From: Chloroflexota bacterium
GTDB lineage: Bacteria > Chloroflexota > Anaerolineae > Aggregatilineales > Phototrophicaceae
Reading direction: 5' to 3'
NCBI GenBank assembly: GCA_026706455.1
Contig: JAPOYS010000030.1
Coordinates: 4,860 to 68,859, forward strand
Length of the DNA stretch: 64,000 nt
Of the stretch, positions 60,340-64,000 are shown one piece after another. A program made the position numbers and the translations under genes. The first letter of the stretch is position 1. Each line of letters opens with the position of its first letter. The notes beneath the pieces were generated by a model. That model was not told the origin of the DNA. It did not search any database and saw only the letters and a program-made list of their open reading frames with translations.

Positions 60340-60663
60340 GGCAGATCTTCCTCAACAAGCGGCCGCAAATCGACGATGAGTTGGGGCAAGTCGTCGGCAA
60401 CGGTCTTCCACAGCACATCAAGATTGATGTCGTCAAAGGCGTGAACCAGGCGATGTCGCATGCTAATTATTTGCGCCCATGGTATATGCTGGTGTGTAGA
60501 CTTGGCGCCGACGCTAATATGACTGGCGGCTTCACCGATATTTTCGACAGCTTTTGCCAAAGCGATAGAGAAGCTGACGGTCATGGTTCAAGTCAACGCG
60601 TGATCTGCGACTGGCGAAGCGCCGCGCATCTTGAGCCGCCATGTACATCTGAACGAGCCGCAC
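60336..60663 (-). pseudogene. HEPN/DUF86 (HepT-like) toxin gene with a frameshift (copy 1)
   Basis: The 3' frame gives ...IGEAASHI...MRHRLVHAFDDINLDVLW (Rx4H). The expected N-terminal part (VRLVQMYMAAQDARRF...NHDRQL) is in another frame starting at GTG 60663. Alternatively it is a truncated 82-aa ORF at 60336-60584. Confidence 0.55.
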
Positions 60664-60667
60664 ATGG

Positions 60668-60985
60668 TCAGTCGCTTGAATGCGGTTCGTAAATCGGCGC
60701 CGCAGTGTCGACTAACTGTTTGCGACAGTAGCGGTTGATTTCCTGTTGCGTGCGCAAATCAACCTTGCGTCCGATGATCTCGCCCAGATCAATTTCTTGC
60801 TGCGCCATAGCAAAGTATCCGATCGGCGCGCCGGGCGCATATTCCACCAGCAAGCCAATGTCGGTGTCCGGACGGAGCCAGTCGTCAAAGGCAGGTCCTA
60901 AAAGCGACAGGCGCTGCATCAGCTGCGTCTCGCAGTAGGCGCGGATAGCTTCCACTGGCAGGTTGATTTTTGTCGTCTCACTCAT
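60668..60985 (-). CDS. MNT-type nucleotidyltransferase antitoxin (copy 1)
   Basis: LSLLGPAFDDWLRPDTDIGLLVEY follows the G[SP]x9-DxD pattern of the minimal NTase fold. Confidence 0.7.
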   Translation of the reverse strand: MSETTKINLPVEAIRAYCETQLMQRLSLLGPAFDDWLRPDTDIGLLVEYAPGAPIGYFAMAQQEIDLGEIIGRKVDLRTQQEINRYCRKQLVDTAAPIYEPHSSD

Positions 60986-61038
60986 AGCGCTACCCTACTT
61001 TTGTATCGCGCGACTTGCCGCGCTGAATCGAATCATGC

Positions 61039-61370
61039 TCAGGATTTGAGCGCATAGATTAGCTTGGCGCTCGCGTCCACTTCTGGGCGAATGTAAGCCT
61101 TTAACCCGTTGCGTGTACACAGATCAACGGGGCGCCCCACGAATTCGCTCAACTGTCTCATACGTCGCGCCATGGAAAATATCCGACAGGCGCCTCGGGC
61201 TCGTATTCCACCAGAAAATCGACATCGCTCTCCGGCCTCAATTCATTTCGCGCGGCCGATCCAAACAGCGACAGGCGCTCTATGGGCTGCGTCTCGCAGT
61301 AGGCGCGAATTTCTTCCAGCGGCAGATTAATCGTGACGGTCTCGCCCACGGTTACATTCTCTCCAGTCAT
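61039..61370 (-). pseudogene. MNT-type nucleotidyltransferase, frameshifted paralog of 62662-62979 (copy 2)
   Basis: The N-terminal 66 aa closely match copy 4 (LFGSAARNELRPESDVDFLVEY). A 1-nt deletion after GYF gives a premature stop at 61158. The downstream frame still encodes ...MRQLSEFVGRPVDLCTRNGLKAYI.... Confidence 0.6.
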
Positions 61371-61375
61371 TGGGG

Positions 61376-61729
61376 TCAGCGCGGGTCATCTTCTAGAATG
61401 CGCTGCAGTTCGGCAAGCAGCGGTGGAACATATTCTGAGACTGTAGTCCAGACTATGTTCAAATCTACAGCATAATAGACATGAACCAATTTGTGCCGCA
61501 TGCCAATGATATCAGCCCATGGAATGGCGGAATACGCTCGTCGTGATTCCGCCGTTACGTTGTTCGCCGCTTCGCCTATGACTAGCAGCGTTCTGATCAG
61601 CGCCAATCGTAGCGCTAGGCTTTCGTCGAGGGAAATCCGTGTTTCACGGGCGGCAAGGTGTTCCGAAGTTTGCGCCCATTCCAGCATGTGGCGCAGACGG
61701 GTTGGATCATTCGCCAGCGTCTTCGGCAA
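61376..61729 (-). CDS. HEPN/DUF86 (HepT-like) toxin, apparently intact (copy 2)
   Basis: IGEAANNV...IPWADIIGMRHKLVHVYYAVDLNIVW (Rx4H). The probable TTG start (LPKTLAND) overlaps the end of the upstream MNT gene. Confidence 0.7.
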   Translation of the reverse strand: MPKTLANDPTRLRHMLEWAQTSEHLAARETRISLDESLALRLALIRTLLVIGEAANNVTAESRRAYSAIPWADIIGMRHKLVHVYYAVDLNIVWTTVSEYVPPLLAELQRILEDDPR

Positions 61730-62027
61730 AGACAAGCGTCGCTCCGGCAAGGATCTGCTGCTTACTAGTTGGTTCAAGCTCGTTTGGTGTACGCAAGTCA
61801 ACTGCGGCGCCCAGAATCTCGCTCAATACGCGTTCTTGCCGCGCCATGTCAATATAGCTAACCGACGCATCAGGAAGATGCTCTACCAGCATTCCGGTCT
61901 CCGATTCCGGTCGCAACCAGGCATCAAAGTCTGATCCTAGCAGTAACAAGCGGGCAATTGGCTGATTTTCGCAGTAAGCGCCGATTTCTTCGATCGGCAA
62001 GGCGCGTGGAGCCACTATGTCGCTCAT
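61707..62027 (-). CDS. MNT-like nucleotidyltransferase with degenerate catalytic motif (copy 3)
   Basis: In LLLLGSDFDAWLRPESETGMLVEH, GS is kept but the DxD position reads E-T-G. The start MSDIVAP at 62027 is used. Confidence 0.65.
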   Translation of the reverse strand: MSDIVAPRALPIEEIGAYCENQPIARLLLLGSDFDAWLRPESETGMLVEHLPDASVSYIDMARQERVLSEILGAAVDLRTPNELEPTSKQQILAGATLVFAEDAGE

Positions 62028-62083
62028 GATCTTCCCTACATATCTAGATAACATGCGCGTGGCTATTCTAGCATAAAGCTGGC

Positions 62084-62275
62084 TCAATGCACATAGCGCA
62101 CGGGGTCCTTGATTGCGCCCTGCTGCTCAAGCGCGGCCGCCGCCCGTTCCATCTTCTCCAGCTTGACCGCCGCCATCTTAAAATCGGGAATCTTGGCGCG
62201 CGGGTCAATCTTGTCCAGCGTCAGCAGATTGGCGGCCGCCTCGACGAAGTGGAAGGGCAGGAAGAGCGTGCCCAC
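62084..62275 (-). pseudogene. duplicated 3' fragment of the formate dehydrogenase alpha gene
   Basis: About 190 nt are near-identical to 63057-63250. It encodes GTLFLPFHFVEAAANLLTLDKIDPRAKIPDFKMAAVKL...KDPVRYVH. Confidence 0.85.
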
Positions 62276-62327
62276 CGGCGATGATGGCGAGGGAGAAGAT
62301 CGTGTCCGGCTGGTAAGCTGGATTCAT
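62271..62327 (-). pseudogene. mobA-like 5' fragment (19 codons) fused to the fdhA fragment
   Basis: It encodes MNPAYQPDTIFSLAIIAGG; compare mobA MTALSLAIIAGGQ. Its ATG forms an ATGA overlap with the HEPN copy 3 stop, as at the real mobA. Confidence 0.5.
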
Positions 62328-62684
62328 GATAACGTATCTTCAGTTGAGAGTATCGTTTCAAGCTGTGAGATCAGTGGTGGCAGATCTTCTACGGCAGTTT
62401 TCCAGAGCACGTCAAAATCAATGTCGGTGTAGACATGTACCAAGTGATTACGCATGTCAATTATGTCTCTCCAAGGGATGTATGAATGCCGCGTTTGAAC
62501 CTCTGATGTAACTCGGTGGCTGCTTCTCCGATGTCTTGAATCAACTTGGCCAACCCAGATTGCATATCACTATATTGCTTTCGACCGCTTCTCGGTCAGC
62601 GGAATCGACAAAAGCCTTTGCGATTCGCGCGGCATGCAACATATCATTCAGACGGGAGCGATCATTCCGCCGGAGCTTGGGCAT
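62324..62684 (-). pseudogene. HEPN/DUF86 (HepT-like) toxin gene with two frameshifts (copy 3)
   Basis: My translation finds three frame segments: MPKLRRNDRSRLNDMLHAARIA..., ...LAKLIQDIGEAATEL..., and ...IPWRDIIDMRNHLVHVYTDIDFDVLWKT.... Confidence 0.65.
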
Positions 62685-62979
62685 AGATGAGCCTGGCGCT
62701 TGCGTCCACTTCTTGTCGAATGTAAGCCTTTAATCCGTTGCGTGTACACAGATCAACAGGGAGTCCCACGATTTCGCTTAACTGTCTCATATGTCGCGCC
62801 ATTGAAAAATAACCGACAGGCGCATCGGGCTTGTATTCAACCAGAAAATCGACATCGCTCTCCGGCCTCAATTCATTTCGCGCGGCCGAGCCAAACACCG
62901 AAAGACGCAGAATTGGTTGGCTAGCGCAGTATTCGCGGATTTCGTCTATTGGAAGCGCTGTGGCCAATTGCTCGCTCAT
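62662..62979 (-). CDS. MNT-type nucleotidyltransferase antitoxin, intact (copy 4)
   Basis: LSVFGSAARNELRPESDVDFLVEY is the canonical GSx10DxD motif. Confidence 0.8.
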   Translation of the reverse strand: MSEQLATALPIDEIREYCASQPILRLSVFGSAARNELRPESDVDFLVEYKPDAPVGYFSMARHMRQLSEIVGLPVDLCTRNGLKAYIRQEVDASARLIYAQAPAE

Positions 62980-63056
62980 GATGATTGCCCCTTTCGTCCC
63001 ATCATAGCATCAGCGGTTTCGCTATGGAATGAATCGGCGCAGTGTCGTGGCTACGC

Positions 63057-64000
63057 CTAATGCACATAGCGCACGGGGTCCTTGATCGCGCCTTGCTGCT
63101 CAAGCGCGGTCGCCGCCCGTTCCACCTTCGCCAGCTTAACCGCCGCCATCTTAAAATCGGGAATCTTGGCGCGCGGGTCAATCTTGTCCAGCGTCAGCAG
63201 ATTGGCGGCCGCCTCGACGAAGTGAAAGGGCAGGAAGAGCGTGCCCGCTGGCGACCGGCCCGTCACCATCACTTGACACTCGACCGAGCCGCGCCGCGAG
63301 GTGATGCGCAGCCAATCACCCGAAACGACCTTCAGCGCGCCGGCGTCGGCCGGGTGCATCTCGACGATTGGCACGGGGAAAGCTTCTTCCAGGCGCGAGC
63401 TGCGCGTCATCGTGCCGCCATGCCAGTGAAATAGCACGCGTCCAGTTGTAAGGTGATAGGGATAGTCGTCGTCCGGCAGTTCGCTGTCCGTGCCGTATTC
63501 CAGCGACCAGAACTTGCCCTTGCCGCGCGGGAACTCGTCTTCAAAGAGATAGGGCGTGCCGGGATGGTCAGCCGCCGGGCAGGGCCAATGCACGCCGCCT
63601 TCGTCGTCCAGGCGCGCGTAGGTGATGCCATAGAAGTCCGGCGTCAGCGCTCGCATCTCCTCCCAGATTGCTTCCGGGTCGGCATAGTCGAAGCCGACGC
63701 TGTCACGGATTCCCAACTCCGCTTCCATGCGCTTCGCCAGGGCGCAGACGATCTGCCAGTCCGGGAGCGACTCGCCGACGGCCGGCAGCGCCATACGGAC
63801 GCGCTGCACCCGCCGATCGCTGTTGGTGAAGGTGCCTTCTTTCTCAGCGAAGCTCGCCGATGGCAGAATCACATCGGCCATTTCGCCCGTTTCATTCATG
63901 AAGATATCGATGCAGACCAGCAGGTCCAATTCCTCCAGCGCGTGCTGCGCGTGCGAGAGGTTCGGCTCGCTCATCATCGGGTTCTCGCCCATGACGATCA
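63057..64000 (-). CDS. fdhA: formate dehydrogenase alpha (molybdopterin) subunit, C-terminal part; continues past the window end
   Basis: Molybdopterin oxidoreductase domains III/IV are present (...DVILPSASFAEKEGTFTNSDRRVQ... and the C-terminal beta-barrel ...LFLPFHFVEAAANLLT...). The frame is open at 64000. Confidence 0.85.
   Translation of the reverse strand, partial: IVMGENPMMSEPNLSHAQHALEELDLLVCIDIFMNETGEMADVILPSASFAEKEGTFTNSDRRVQRVRMALPAVGESLPDWQIVCALAKRMEAELGIRDSVGFDYADPEAIWEEMRALTPDFYGITYARLDDEGGVHWPCPAADHPGTPYLFEDEFPRGKGKFWSLEYGTDSELPDDDYPYHLTTGRVLFHWHGGTMTRSSRLEEAFPVPIVEMHPADAGALKVVSGDWLRITSRRGSVECQVMVTGRSPAGTLFLPFHFVEAAANLLTLDKIDPRAKIPDFKMAAVKLAKVERAATALEQQGAIKDPVRYVH

Overview
Densely coding, high-GC bacterial DNA (GC judged by eye, not computed). 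I found no rRNA, tRNA, CRISPR array, integrase or transposase. Product calls rest only on motif recognition in the supplied translations; no database search was possible.

The backbone looks chromosomal and metabolic: rpmB 3' end, PPK2, several SDRs, RecJ, a Dus-family enzyme, a luciferase-like (F420-type) oxidoreductase, a sugar ABC transporter, HyuAB hydantoinase, MoeA/MobA/FdhD, and an NAD-type formate dehydrogenase cluster. The F420-type enzyme and a GTAGGGGCGAC hairpin repeat family hint weakly at Chloroflexota-like origin.

Five accessory or unusual pieces stand out:
1. 6.6-11.8 kb: a plasmid-type module. It holds a prim-pol replication protein and a convergent wHTH-ParA-ParB operon, with two near-identical 22-bp palindromes.
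2. 11.9-17.0 kb: a translationally coupled three-gene split AddAB-like helicase/nuclease set (degenerate UvrD-like ATPase, complete UvrD helicase, stand-alone Fe-S Cas4/AddB-type nuclease). It runs on into an enolase-family gene and recJ. This is my best candidate for an undescribed system.
3. 39.5-40.8 kb: a 1.2-kb AT-richer insert flanked by a 53-bp direct repeat that duplicates the 3' end of an M20 peptidase gene.
4. 57.0-58.0 kb: an AT-rich orphan beta-class DNA methyltransferase wedged into the formate dehydrogenase operon with almost no intergenic spacing.
5. 60.3-63.1 kb: an array of four MNT and three HEPN (HepT/MntA-like) toxin-antitoxin genes between fdhA and mobA. Most are decayed by frameshifts. 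The array carries a duplication scar that fuses a mobA-like 5' end to a second copy of the fdhA 3' end.

Many long antisense ORFs in the track are high-GC shadow ORFs and were rejected.
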